DNA from: Hadesarchaea archaeon
GTDB lineage: Archaea; Hadarchaeota; Hadarchaeia; Hadarchaeales; Hadarchaeaceae
Length of the DNA stretch: 37,364 nt
Direction: 5' to 3'
Assembly: GCA_029259175.1 (NCBI GenBank)
Contig: JAPDJH010000010.1
Span: 1-37,364, forward strand
Part shown: piece by piece, positions 7,559 to 17,044 of the stretch
How the letters are laid out: every line of letters starts with the position of its first letter
How positions within the stretch are numbered: the stretch's first letter is position 1
Notes under the pieces: generated by a model
What the model saw: the letters and a program-made list of their open reading frames with translations, nothing else
Told to the model about the DNA's origin: nothing
Databases searched by the model: none
Program-made: the position numbers and the translations under genes

Positions 7559-8422
7559 GTGATACGATTAAACAATTTATTTCAACAAATGAGGTGGCAT
7601 TGCCAAAATTTTAGAGTTAGAGATTGGAGAGCTTATTTCGGCATAGGTCTTTTAGGGTTTATTATAGGATTGGAAGAACCGACACAATTTGATTACAGAG
7701 TTTTTTTATTGTTTGTAATCACATCTTCCTTGTACCTCGCATTTTCGTTTTCCATCAACAACTGTTTCGACATTAAAAATGATATTATAAAGGAACACAA
7801 AATGAACAAAAATCCCGTTGCCTCTGGCTTGATTGGGTTTAAGGAGAGCGTCTTTGTTTCTGTTCTAACAGCTTCGATTGGCACGCTTATAGCATGCCTG
7901 TGCCTGAATTTCCTATCCCTTTGTATCTATGCGGTATTGCTACTGCTGAGTCTAAGTTACTCCACGCCTCCCTTGAGATTGAAAAGCGTTCCTGTAGCTG
8001 ACTTGGTATCGCATGGATTATTCTTTGGCTCACTACTCTTTCTTTATGGCGCTTCAGTAGCGGGAAATTTAAATCAATATGTGGTCGCGCTCGCCTTTTC
8101 TTTGTTCATTCACTCTGTTGCCCTCAATTTAAGAAATCATCTCGATGATTTCAATGAAGATATGCTATCCAAAACTAAAACCACCGCTTGCTGGCTTGGG
8201 AGACATAACTCAGTAAAGATTCTAAATAAACTGCTCGTCATACACTGGGCCGTATTGAGTATAATCACGCTATGCGTCAACCCACTGTTTGGCATCTTGG
8301 TAAATAGTGTTGCCCCATTGATCTTTTTTGGTTTGAAGAAGTATACTTCTCTAGTTAGAGCAACCGATGTTTGTGTTTCATTGGTTTACACGTCAACAAT
8401 CGGATATTTGGTGGTATTATGA
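7559..8422 (+). CDS. UbiA-family prenyltransferase
   Basis: Multi-TM with Asp-rich motifs NNCFDIKND and NHLDDFNED, plus YSTPPLRLK. True start may be ATG 7589. Confidence 0.85.
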   Translation: MIRLNNLFQQMRWHCQNFRVRDWRAYFGIGLLGFIIGLEEPTQFDYRVFLLFVITSSLYLAFSFSINNCFDIKNDIIKEHKMNKNPVASGLIGFKESVFVSVLTASIGTLIACLCLNFLSLCIYAVLLLLSLSYSTPPLRLKSVPVADLVSHGLFFGSLLFLYGASVAGNLNQYVVALAFSLFIHSVALNLRNHLDDFNEDMLSKTKTTACWLGRHNSVKILNKLLVIHWAVLSIITLCVNPLFGILVNSVAPLIFFGLKKYTSLVRATDVCVSLVYTSTIGYLVVL

Positions 8423-9540
8423 AGATTGCACTATGCAGCGATTGGTATCCCAGAATAGGTGGAGTGACTTCTCACATGGTGTGTCTTGCAAAGGAGCTGC
8501 AGAAACTAGGACACGAAGTCACGATAATATCAAAAAATGGTCATGAGGGAGCGATGCATGAAATTTCATTGAATGTAAAGGAGACGAATGTTCAGTTTCT
8601 TCCGGACAGCGTTTTAACCCCACCAAACCTGAGGAAACTCGGAAAGATTTTAAAGAAGGGAAAGTTCGACGTTGTTCACGGGCATCACGCGTTCGTGCCG
8701 ACTTCTCTTTTCTCGATATCGTTAGCGAAGAGGTTAGGTACGCCCACCGTTTTGACGAATCACTCAATACCATTCGGGCATAGTAGTTGTGTTTGGGCGC
8801 TTATTGGTTATAGTCTCCTTTTTCCCTATAGAAGATACATAAACAAGGCGGACAAAATAATAGCGGTCAGTAATGCGGCAGCTGATTTTATCAAGCATTT
8901 TGCCGATGAAAGAAAAGTTTTGGTAATACCAAATCCGGTGGATGACACGTTTTTCAATGATGGTTTCAATAATAAAATTTCGAATGAAAACAAGAGTCCA
9001 ACAATACTCTACGTGGGCAGGCTCTCCCATAGAAAGGGGTTGCATGTGCTTGTGCTTGCCATGAAACGTGTTGTCAAAAAAATTCCAGACGCCCGATTAC
9101 TCGTTGTTGGGGAGGGGCACACAAAGGAGTTTGTTAAACTACTAGTTAAGGCGCTGGGTTTAGAAAAAAATGTCAAATTGTTAGGTTTGGTTCGTCTACA
9201 ACAGCTCCTGTTGTTGTATAAAATGTCCAATGTGTTTGTTCTTCCCTCGATATATGGAGAGTCTTTCGGCATCGTTTTGTTGGAAGCCATGGCTTCTGGA
9301 GTGCCCGTTGTGGCCACAGATGTTGGTGGAATAAACGAGGTCATTACCCCTAACTATACAGGTCTTTTGGTCGAGCCGGGTAACAGCAAGGAGTTGGCCA
9401 ACGCCATACTGAAAGTTTTGAACGATTCAAGCCTCTCTAAAAAGTTGGCTAAAAACGCAAGGAAAGAAGCTATGAAATACAGACCGCGCATTATCGCTAA
9501 AAAAATTGAAGGTGTTTATGAAGAATTAACGCTTAATTGA
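8419..9540 (+). CDS. glycosyltransferase family 4 (GT-B)
   Basis: MKIAL...YPRIGG, VGRLSHRKG and ESFGIVLLEAMASGVPVVATDVGG. ATGA overlap with the UbiA stop. Confidence 0.92.
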   Translation: MKIALCSDWYPRIGGVTSHMVCLAKELQKLGHEVTIISKNGHEGAMHEISLNVKETNVQFLPDSVLTPPNLRKLGKILKKGKFDVVHGHHAFVPTSLFSISLAKRLGTPTVLTNHSIPFGHSSCVWALIGYSLLFPYRRYINKADKIIAVSNAAADFIKHFADERKVLVIPNPVDDTFFNDGFNNKISNENKSPTILYVGRLSHRKGLHVLVLAMKRVVKKIPDARLLVVGEGHTKEFVKLLVKALGLEKNVKLLGLVRLQQLLLLYKMSNVFVLPSIYGESFGIVLLEAMASGVPVVATDVGGINEVITPNYTGLLVEPGNSKELANAILKVLNDSSLSKKLAKNARKEAMKYRPRIIAKKIEGVYEELTLN

Positions 9541-9571
9541 CAGCAGTTATTCAAATTTTGTATAATTTCAC

Positions 9572-11812
9572 TCATTTGCGTTTGATTTTTCGCCCCACCA
9601 GCACGAGCATCGCGGGCAGGGCCAGCAGAACAGCCACGTAGGAGTAACCAATCACTAAGGCCGTGAGCTGCCCGAAGCGCGCCATCGCTGGCATCCGCGA
9701 GAGTGAGAGCACCGCGAAAACCCCAATGGTCGTAGCGGCCCCAACAGTGATCGGCACTCCGACACTGCTGAGCGTTTGCCGCAGCATCTGCTCCGGATCC
9801 TTTCTTTGCTCCTCCCTGAACCGGTGGATGAGGTGGACAGCGTAGTCGATCCCCAGACCGATTATCAGCGCCGAAATCCCCATTGAGAGCACGTCCAGCG
9901 ACCACCCGAGCGCCCACATTGTCCCGAACTCCCACGTCAGCACTATGAGCAAGGGTGTGATGGCGGCGGCCCCCAGGATCGGCGAGCGGAATAGGAGAAT
10001 CAGAACCGCGAAGCACAGGATAACGGTAATAGTGGTCGAATTTCTCATCCCGCGCATCACCATGTCCATAATATCCGCCAAAATAGGTGGCAGTCCCGTG
10101 ACTGCCGGATCTCCGTCAACCCGCATGTTCAGCACTCCCTCGTAACCCCCCACGTGCTCTCTCACCACGCGGGTGGCCTGTTTCATCTGCTCGTCCGTCC
10201 GCGCGTCGACCATGATGTGGATGACAGCGGTTCCGTCCGCGCTCAGGAGCATAGCCTTCCGCGAGTTTTCGATGTTTTCCAGAGTTGCGGCCACGGCCTG
10301 CTGGTCGGACGGGATCGTGCCGTCAGTGTGGTATGCAACCAAGTCGGCGATGCTCAGGGCTCCCGTGATCAATCCCGCTCCGCTTGGATCCGACAGGATT
10401 TCGTTTTCCACCGCCAGCATGTCCTGGAGCCCCTCAGGAGTGAGGGTCGCTCCCTGCACGAGGACTATGATCGAAGTCTGCCCCCCGAAGAGGTCCTCAA
10501 CCCGGTGCAGGGTGGCGACTGATTCTATTTGGGAAGGCAAGAAGGTCTCGAAGGACATCGTGCTCGAGATTCGCGGGGTGACGATCGCGCACGGGATGGT
10601 GACTAGGAGGACGGCCGCCAGAATAGGCTTCCAGTGGCGCTCAGCCCCCACTGCCAGCCGAGCGAGCCCCCTGCGCAGCCTTTCGCCCCTCATCCTCATG
10701 GCTCTCCTCGTCCGGTTCCGATCCCGAAGGGCTACCGCGGCAGGCAACAGGCTCGCACTGAGCACGAACATCAGACCTATACCAATGGCCAAGAATTCTC
10801 CGAGGGTCTGAACAGGAGGCAGATCTGACATGAGGAAGGATCCGAACCCAATGATTGTGGTCACCGCTGCGATGGCGATGGCCCGCCCCACGGTCCCGAC
10901 CGCGATCGTTGCTGCTTCTGTGGCTTTTATCCCTCGCTTGCACTCCTCATAGTACCGGTTCAGATAGTGAACCGCGTAGTCGATTCCCAGTCCGAGGAGC
11001 AACGGAACTACTGCTACGTGCAGAGTGGTGAACTCGATCCCCAGATGGCCCATCAGCCCCACCGTCCACAAGGTTCCCACCCCCACTACCAGGAGAGCCA
11101 TGGGGATGTCCGAGAGCCGTCTGAAGATCACGAAGATTATCGCGGCGACCAGCACGATGGCTGTGGGGATGAGAATCCGATTGTCTTGATCCATCATGCT
11201 GTGCATGTCGCGGTAGAGCGCGACATCCCCAGTGACCCTGACCGCGAAGTTCTCATCGGCGACCGAATCCGCGTACTCTCTCACCCGGTCCACAATCTGG
11301 TTTTTTGTCTCCTCCGGAGCGTCTGCCGAAATCGAAACGGTCAGCAGGGCTGCTTTTTGGTCAGCGGTTATGTATTTCCCCACCACCATCCCCGCGACCT
11401 CTGGACGGGTCAACACCTGTTGGACGGCGATCTCCAGCTGCACACCTTGGGGCAACATGCCTCCGGTGTTTTCGAGAATCAGCGGGAGCACATAGGTGAG
11501 GTAGGAGGTCTTCTGGAGCAGGACTGTTTGAATCACCGCATCCTGTTGGATGAGGTTTTCCAGCAGGAGGATGCGCTCTATCGCGTCAGCCCTCGCAACG
11601 TTTTCGCTTTCTATCAGGAGCATGATTTGGGAGGCACTCGGAAACCGTTCTTGGTATTCCTTGAGTGTCTTCACGGACGGGTAGTGCTCGGGAAGAAACT
11701 GTTCGTACTGAACCTTGGTGGTGAGTTTGGTTGTCCCATAACCCATCGCTGCGCTGATCGCGATGGATATCAGCACGATCGCCGCGATCGTTCTGCGCGA
11801 AAATTTCAACAC
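9572..11812 (-). CDS. MMPL/RND-superfamily (HAE3-type) transporter
   Basis: Two internal repeats each with GLGIDYAVH, about 12 TMs and two extracytoplasmic loops. Confidence 0.92.
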   Translation of the reverse strand: MLKFSRRTIAAIVLISIAISAAMGYGTTKLTTKVQYEQFLPEHYPSVKTLKEYQERFPSASQIMLLIESENVARADAIERILLLENLIQQDAVIQTVLLQKTSYLTYVLPLILENTGGMLPQGVQLEIAVQQVLTRPEVAGMVVGKYITADQKAALLTVSISADAPEETKNQIVDRVREYADSVADENFAVRVTGDVALYRDMHSMMDQDNRILIPTAIVLVAAIIFVIFRRLSDIPMALLVVGVGTLWTVGLMGHLGIEFTTLHVAVVPLLLGLGIDYAVHYLNRYYEECKRGIKATEAATIAVGTVGRAIAIAAVTTIIGFGSFLMSDLPPVQTLGEFLAIGIGLMFVLSASLLPAAVALRDRNRTRRAMRMRGERLRRGLARLAVGAERHWKPILAAVLLVTIPCAIVTPRISSTMSFETFLPSQIESVATLHRVEDLFGGQTSIIVLVQGATLTPEGLQDMLAVENEILSDPSGAGLITGALSIADLVAYHTDGTIPSDQQAVAATLENIENSRKAMLLSADGTAVIHIMVDARTDEQMKQATRVVREHVGGYEGVLNMRVDGDPAVTGLPPILADIMDMVMRGMRNSTTITVILCFAVLILLFRSPILGAAAITPLLIVLTWEFGTMWALGWSLDVLSMGISALIIGLGIDYAVHLIHRFREEQRKDPEQMLRQTLSSVGVPITVGAATTIGVFAVLSLSRMPAMARFGQLTALVIGYSYVAVLLALPAMLVLVGRKIKRK

Positions 11813-11815
11813 GCC

Positions 11816-12154
11816 TCATCCCGCCATTCGCTTCAGCCGGGCCAATCTGCGGTGGATCTCGGCTTCGACCGATCTCAGAAACTCTTCTTTGGATGGAAAG
11901 CTGTACCGGTGGGCGCGCCTCCGGTTCGGTGTGATGAAGGTCTCCCTCTTCACGAGCTTGAGCCGAAACAGTCTCTGCAGGTGCCATTTGATAGCCCGCT
12001 CCGACCGCTTGGTTTTCTCGATGATTTCTTTGACCGAGAGACCCCGCCTCCGGTGCTGGTGGAGCAGGGTCAGGATTTCCCTCCCGGTGGCCCCCAGGTT
12101 GAGGACTCCAGCGCTTTCCCTGATGAGCCTTTTCATCCCTGTCCCCGCCAACAT
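11816..12154 (-). CDS. winged-HTH transcriptional regulator, paralog of 7066-7416
   Basis: ATGREIL...LSVKEI...RSERAIKWHL..L..LKLVKRE. Start may be ATG 12136. Confidence 0.85.
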   Translation of the reverse strand: MLAGTGMKRLIRESAGVLNLGATGREILTLLHQHRRRGLSVKEIIEKTKRSERAIKWHLQRLFRLKLVKRETFITPNRRRAHRYSFPSKEEFLRSVEAEIHRRLARLKRMAG

Positions 12155-12272
12155 TAGGAGGACGGCTATTTAAGCCTACAGCGGCTCAGGTGCAAAATAA
12201 AATGCACCAGAATAGGAAGATTTAAAGGCAGTGAGTTGGTATGTAAAAATAAAATACACGGGAGGCTGAATC

Positions 12273-13808
12273 ATGAGTCCTGAAGTAGTTTTGACAGCTG
12301 ACCGCACCCTGATGTCAGAGTACGGCGGCTCCCTCTTCATGGGTTTTGCTGCGTGTGCTCCCAAGCTGATTCCAGACTTCTTCTACCGCCTTTTCCTGTG
12401 CTCTCCTGTCAAGGCGGCGCGCGGCGTGGCGGTGGCTGCCCCTGATGGGACTAGAAAGATGGAGGCTGCTTTGCTGGAGGCCGGGATAGATGTTCGGGTG
12501 GCGCATCCCGACCACTTGGAGGAAGTGATCGATGAGCACACCAAAGTGGTAGGCATAACCACTAATGATCCCCGTGGTCTGGGCCCTGCATCGTCCACTT
12601 TCAGCACTTTGGTGGGGAAGAAAACCTATTCGGCCCTTTTCTTCGAGCGGACGGTACGAGAGGTCAGGAAGGTTTTGGATTCGAATGGTGGCGGGAAGGT
12701 GGTGGTGGGGGGACCGGGTGCATGGCAGCTCGAAGACGAGCAAGTTCTCGACGAATACGGAATAGACCACTTGATCGTGGGAGAGGGAGAAATCACAGGT
12801 GTCGAGGTTATACGGCGTGTTCTCAGGGGGGAGTCAGCACCCCGGGTGGTTCACGGGGAAGCCGTGCCTCTTGAGCGAATTCCTAACATTAGGCACCGGA
12901 CCATCGGAGGTCTGGTGGAAATTGCTAGGGGTTGCGGGCGAGGGTGCAAGTTTTGCCAGCCGAACCTGCGTTTTCTTAGAGCGCGTCCTCTCTCGGAGAT
13001 CCTCCAAGAGGTGAAGGTGAACCTAAGGGAAGGTGCAAAGAGTGTGTGTCTTCACTCAGAAGACGTTTGGCGATACGGCGCGAAGGGGCCCATCCCCGAT
13101 GAAGACAAAGTGATCACTCTTTTCGAGCGGGTGCTGGAACTCACACCTCACGTTGGGGTTTCTCACGCCGCATTCGCATCGGTGGCTTGCAAACCCGGAC
13201 TCGTGAAGCGCGTCACCGAGCTTTTAGACAGTCACGGGGGCGGAGCCCCGTGGTATTCCGCTCAGATGGGGATTGAAACGGCCTCTCCCGAACTGGTGCG
13301 CCGCTACATGCCGGGAAAGCCCCTTCCATGGAAACCGGAGGAATGGGCCGACGTGGTTCTCCGTGCCCACGAAATCCTAGCCGAGAACCACTGGGTCCCC
13401 TGCTCCACCTTGATTTCAGGTTTGCCGGGCGAGACCGCGCGCGATGTTGAGCTCACGATCGAACTCGTGGAGCGGTTGCGCGAGTTCAAGTCCCTGATCG
13501 TTCCCCTCTTCTTTGTGCCGATCGGGATGCTGAAGGGCGGGAAATTCTTCCTCAAAGAAGACATGTTGCCGGAGCATTGGAAGCTGCTCGCGATCTGCAT
13601 GGAGCACAACTTCCATTGGGTGGACGAACTGGCGCAGGAGCACCTGCAAAACCGCCTTCAGCGAGCGTTCGTGAGGAAAGTGGTCTTACGAATGTTCAGG
13701 CAGAAGCTTAGAGAGCCTTTGAAGCTAATGAAGGAGGGCATAGATCCAACGAAAGGAGAAGCCCCGATCCGCGCGCAGACCCCAACACCGGTGGCGGCGG
13801 AGTCCTAA
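12273..13808 (+). CDS. B12-binding radical SAM protein of the archaeal tetraether-lipid-modifying (Grs/Gms/Gmm-like) family
   Basis: CGRGCKFC radical SAM motif and VVVGGPGAWQ B12-binding region. The N-terminal VVLTADRTLMSEY...AP.G.RK.EA.L...DP.GLGP.S pattern is typical of this family as recalled. Confidence 0.75.
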   Translation: MSPEVVLTADRTLMSEYGGSLFMGFAACAPKLIPDFFYRLFLCSPVKAARGVAVAAPDGTRKMEAALLEAGIDVRVAHPDHLEEVIDEHTKVVGITTNDPRGLGPASSTFSTLVGKKTYSALFFERTVREVRKVLDSNGGGKVVVGGPGAWQLEDEQVLDEYGIDHLIVGEGEITGVEVIRRVLRGESAPRVVHGEAVPLERIPNIRHRTIGGLVEIARGCGRGCKFCQPNLRFLRARPLSEILQEVKVNLREGAKSVCLHSEDVWRYGAKGPIPDEDKVITLFERVLELTPHVGVSHAAFASVACKPGLVKRVTELLDSHGGGAPWYSAQMGIETASPELVRRYMPGKPLPWKPEEWADVVLRAHEILAENHWVPCSTLISGLPGETARDVELTIELVERLREFKSLIVPLFFVPIGMLKGGKFFLKEDMLPEHWKLLAICMEHNFHWVDELAQEHLQNRLQRAFVRKVVLRMFRQKLREPLKLMKEGIDPTKGEAPIRAQTPTPVAAES

Positions 13809-14857
13809 CACGTGTCAATCACAGGGGTTTTCCCGAGGTACTCGGCGGCCGTCAGCGCCTTCACCCCCTCGCGCTCGGCGGTTTTCCACACGGATTCCGT
13901 GCGTTTCCGGTACAGCTTTTCCCGCAGGAGGTGGTGGTCGTAGATCAGGAGTTTCAAATTGCTTGATTCACGGATCACTCTGCACGTGTTCTCCACGCAT
14001 CGTCTAAGGTTGGTCTTGATGAGCATGAAGCCCATGTAGGTGGGCGGGCCGTCGAGCACGAGCACGTGAGGGTTTTCCCTGATGATGAGGTCGGCGTAGT
14101 CCTCGATGTAGATGCCGCTCAGATCGGAGGAGTGCATGAATCGCATCCGGCCGCGCTGCACCGTAGTTGCGAACACCCACCCGACGCGCGAGAACTCGAT
14201 TCCGTGGAAGAGCGGCGGGGTGAACCGGAGGTGTGTTCGTCCAAAACGCAGTTCCTTTCCTTCCGGGAACCGCACACGATTTTTTCCGAAGTCGAGTTCC
14301 GGGATTTGCGGAGCTCGGTTCCACCGGCGCACACGGTTGTGGAACCATTTTAGGCCGAGCCTGAGCAGCTCTTTTCGCCTGCGGTTGTAATCCCCGAAGT
14401 CCTTGTTTGCCGCCTGCGGGATCTCTTCCAGCGGATTTGGATACTCCTTGGGCGAGGGCTCTCCAAGCACATCTGCGAGTTCGCACTTGCCGAATGCTTT
14501 GCAGTAGTTTGCGAAGAAGCTCTCAGCCCGACCCCGCTGGGAGTCGTTGATGTACTCGTTGGGGTTTTTTGCCAGCAGGAGCTTGCCCTCGTAGAGCCCC
14601 CGGTCGAAATCCGTGAAGTGGTCGTAGTGGTAGTGGGAGATCACCACCACGTCGGCTCTGCTCGCAGCGCGCTTGATCGCGAGCCTCCCCCGGGCCTCCC
14701 AGTAGAGCTTTTTTGCCAATGGTGCTGGGAAGCTTGGTTGCATCACCGCGATTCCTGGATCAATGAGGACCGAAACGTCGGGGGTGCGGACCAAGGTGCA
14801 ACTGCTCTTGGCACCCAGAGAGTCGAACCACACCGGTTCAAAGGTGATCTCCGCCAT
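13805..14857 (-). CDS. MBL-fold metallo-hydrolase (archaeal UPF0282-like)
   Basis: WFDSLGAKS, LIDPG, ISHYHYDH, HSSD and DHHLLR motifs. Confidence 0.88.
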   Translation of the reverse strand: MAEITFEPVWFDSLGAKSSCTLVRTPDVSVLIDPGIAVMQPSFPAPLAKKLYWEARGRLAIKRAASRADVVVISHYHYDHFTDFDRGLYEGKLLLAKNPNEYINDSQRGRAESFFANYCKAFGKCELADVLGEPSPKEYPNPLEEIPQAANKDFGDYNRRRKELLRLGLKWFHNRVRRWNRAPQIPELDFGKNRVRFPEGKELRFGRTHLRFTPPLFHGIEFSRVGWVFATTVQRGRMRFMHSSDLSGIYIEDYADLIIRENPHVLVLDGPPTYMGFMLIKTNLRRCVENTCRVIRESSNLKLLIYDHHLLREKLYRKRTESVWKTAEREGVKALTAAEYLGKTPVIDTC

Positions 14858-14902
14858 CCGACTCAAGTCCCCGCGTCTTGAACTCCGAATCCGTTATAGA
14901 TT

Positions 14903-15166
14903 TCAAAAGCTCCTCCCCAAAATAAAATTCTCTTTTGCTGGCTTCGGGGCTAAGCCGAGCAGCATACTGAACCCCCTTACAGTATCTAAATTTGTGTTCG
15001 CCAAGTTATATTCCTCAAACTCAAGTTCTCCCGATGGGATGCTGGACTGCACCACCGCTGTGTCTAGGTCGATGAGCGTCCTAGCGCCCAGCGCACCACC
15101 AAAGGGGCATGACGATCTCGTCCCGAGCGAGTCAAACCACGCGTGCTCAAACTCGATTCCGCGCAT
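14903..15166 (-). pseudogene. degenerate duplicate of the 5' end of the adjacent MBL hydrolase gene
   Basis: MRGIEFEHAWFDSLGTRSSC...LIDLDTAVVQSSIP is colinear with MAEITFEPVWFDSLGAKSSC...LIDPGIAVMQPSFP. Similarity stops after about 44 codons. Confidence 0.75.
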
Positions 15167-16211
15167 CACCAAGACCCTCCACATCGCGCATCACTTCGAC
15201 GTATCTCAACACCCTCTTGATTTTTCTCACGGTTTCAGAGAAGTAACTCTTCCACCTGTATCTGCACCACACGAACTCTCTCCGTTTTTCGAAGGCATCC
15301 AAACTTCGTTTGACGATGGAGAGGTTCTCGGCGAGCTTTCTTCGCAGGAGCAGGGGAGAAGGCAACTTCCTAGACACATACATGCGGTGGTATATTTCTG
15401 TCAGGGTCTCCTCCCCAAGCTCGAGCCGCAGGAGCTGTCCGAGATCGTAAAAATCGCACAGCAAATCGCGCGTTCCGATCTCTTCCACTCCTTTTGACAA
15501 TCTCGAAAGCTTCTCCAGCACGCAGAGCTCCGGTGGGCACACTCGGGCCACAACCTTTCGCCTAGGTGGAAGGACAGGATCAAGCAGAGAGGGAATTCTC
15601 CGCTTGGTCTTGAAGATCTGAGTTCGCAACGAGACGGTCGCTCTCACGGCATCGACCGACGGCAGACACCCGATTCGCTGCTTTAGCTGCAGGAGTTCTC
15701 GTCGAAGCGCACGCGTGTTCCAGCCCAGTCCCCTGAGATAGGTGGGAAGCGGAGCTCCTAGGCTCCAAGTAAGCATATCCCGCTTGAGCGAGAGCAGGTC
15801 CTCAAACACGTCTTTCTCTACATCTCTCTTGACCTCTCCGAGCTTTATCCGCTGGGTGCCCAGTCGGAGCTCGGCGACACGCCCCGCGGCGACCATTCGC
15901 CTCTTCATGGCTTTCAGGTCGTATTCCGGCTTCGCCTGCAGGGGCGCGGAGAAGTCGATGTCCCAACTAAATCTTGGCTGCTCGGAATACAGCCTGGAAA
16001 TGAGAGTCCCACCTTTGAGCATTACCAGGGAGGGGGTGTATGTGCACATCGCTTCCAGCGTGTCGTAAAAAATTATCTCGCGCTCGACCAGCGAGATTGG
16101 CAACTTGAGCGAGGCGCTCACCTCCCTGAGCCTCTCCCGGGCGAGTTCTCCTTCTCGCCAGCATTTAACTCCTAAGAACACGTTGCACCGCCTCCTCCAC
16201 TTGCGCTTCAT
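15147..16211 (-). CDS. AbiEii/AbiGii-family nucleotidyltransferase toxin (start uncertain, possibly frameshifted near the 5' end)
   Basis: LKGGTLI..LY...RFSWDIDFS and C-terminal EKL...RD...DFYDL motifs. Confidence 0.82.
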   Translation of the reverse strand: MKRKWRRRCNVFLGVKCWREGELARERLREVSASLKLPISLVEREIIFYDTLEAMCTYTPSLVMLKGGTLISRLYSEQPRFSWDIDFSAPLQAKPEYDLKAMKRRMVAAGRVAELRLGTQRIKLGEVKRDVEKDVFEDLLSLKRDMLTWSLGAPLPTYLRGLGWNTRALRRELLQLKQRIGCLPSVDAVRATVSLRTQIFKTKRRIPSLLDPVLPPRRKVVARVCPPELCVLEKLSRLSKGVEEIGTRDLLCDFYDLGQLLRLELGEETLTEIYHRMYVSRKLPSPLLLRRKLAENLSIVKRSLDAFEKRREFVWCRYRWKSYFSETVRKIKRVLRYVEVMRDVEGLGDARNRV

Positions 16212-16986
16212 ATCCTTTCTCGACGGCTCCCCTCCTCAAATCACTCACATGGAGGGTTCGCCCGGTGGCGCGTGCCGAGAGCTCGAGAGCCCGTCTTACC
16301 AGCCGCTCGACCGCTGGGCCCCTTTCCTTGGTGTAGCGCTTTAAGAGTTCAAGATCGAGCGGAACCTCGAGCAGACAGTAAATCGCATAGGGAAAGTGCT
16401 TTCCCTCCCACTTCCACTTCCAGATGGCGTCCGCGACCGCTTTTTCGACCACCGCGAGGTAGGTTTTTTGTGTTCTCCCCTCAATCCACACTTCGTTCTC
16501 GGTGAAGTCAGCCGGCCGGATTTTGTCCTCTACCAGTAGCACTCTGTAGCGCGGATAGGCATTTGTCAGGAATCCACGGAGCTTCGATATCTTTCTGTCA
16601 CAGATGATCAGGAGGGAGTCTGGTTCTGTCGTGAAGTCCCTAGCGAGTCCCCTCAGAATTATGGCCGCGGTTCCTGAGATATAGTAGGCCCCGAGTCCTG
16701 AAAGCTGGTCGATGAGCCCCAGTTTGCGCGTAGCGAGAGTTTCAGTTTCGATGTCAAAGAGCTCGCGCAGGGTTTTGGTGAACCTCATCTTTCTTACCCT
16801 GTACTTTCCGGTCAGCGGATCCCGCCACACCACCGTCTGCAAGTCCTTTATCTCTTTGAAGACCGTGGAAGGCGACAGGCCCGCAGCTTTGGAGAGCTCG
16901 TTGATCGAAAAGTCTCTGTCCCAGTTTCGGAGCATGACCCGCAGTATGGCGATTTTGGCGGTTGTTCCCAAGATTTTTTCCATCAT
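16165..16986 (-). CDS. HTH-containing putative AbiEi-type antitoxin
   Basis: N-terminal FSINELSKAAGLSPSTVFKEI HTH, YYISG and EKAVADAI (AbiEi-like C-domain). Lies directly upstream of the toxin. Confidence 0.7.
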   Translation of the reverse strand: MMEKILGTTAKIAILRVMLRNWDRDFSINELSKAAGLSPSTVFKEIKDLQTVVWRDPLTGKYRVRKMRFTKTLRELFDIETETLATRKLGLIDQLSGLGAYYISGTAAIILRGLARDFTTEPDSLLIICDRKISKLRGFLTNAYPRYRVLLVEDKIRPADFTENEVWIEGRTQKTYLAVVEKAVADAIWKWKWEGKHFPYAIYCLLEVPLDLELLKRYTKERGPAVERLVRRALELSARATGRTLHVSDLRRGAVEKGYEAQVEEAVQRVLRS

Positions 16987-16995
16987 CGATTGACC

Positions 16996-17034
16996 ATTCG
17001 TTTTTGCGAATATAAGTATTTGCTTTTTCGAATA
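16996..17034. promoter_or_regulatory. tandem palindromic operator upstream of the AbiE pair
   Basis: ATTCG-TTTTTG-CGAATA (16996) and ATTTG-CTTTTT-CGAATA (17018) start 22 bp apart and bracket a TTATAT box on the minus strand. Confidence 0.6.
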
Positions 17035-17044
17035 ACTAACCAAA

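Noticed and set aside
10967-12157. Long antisense ORFs (10967-12157, 30234-31244, 31355-32311, 14763-15497)
   Set aside because: Shadow ORFs opposite well-supported GC-rich genes.
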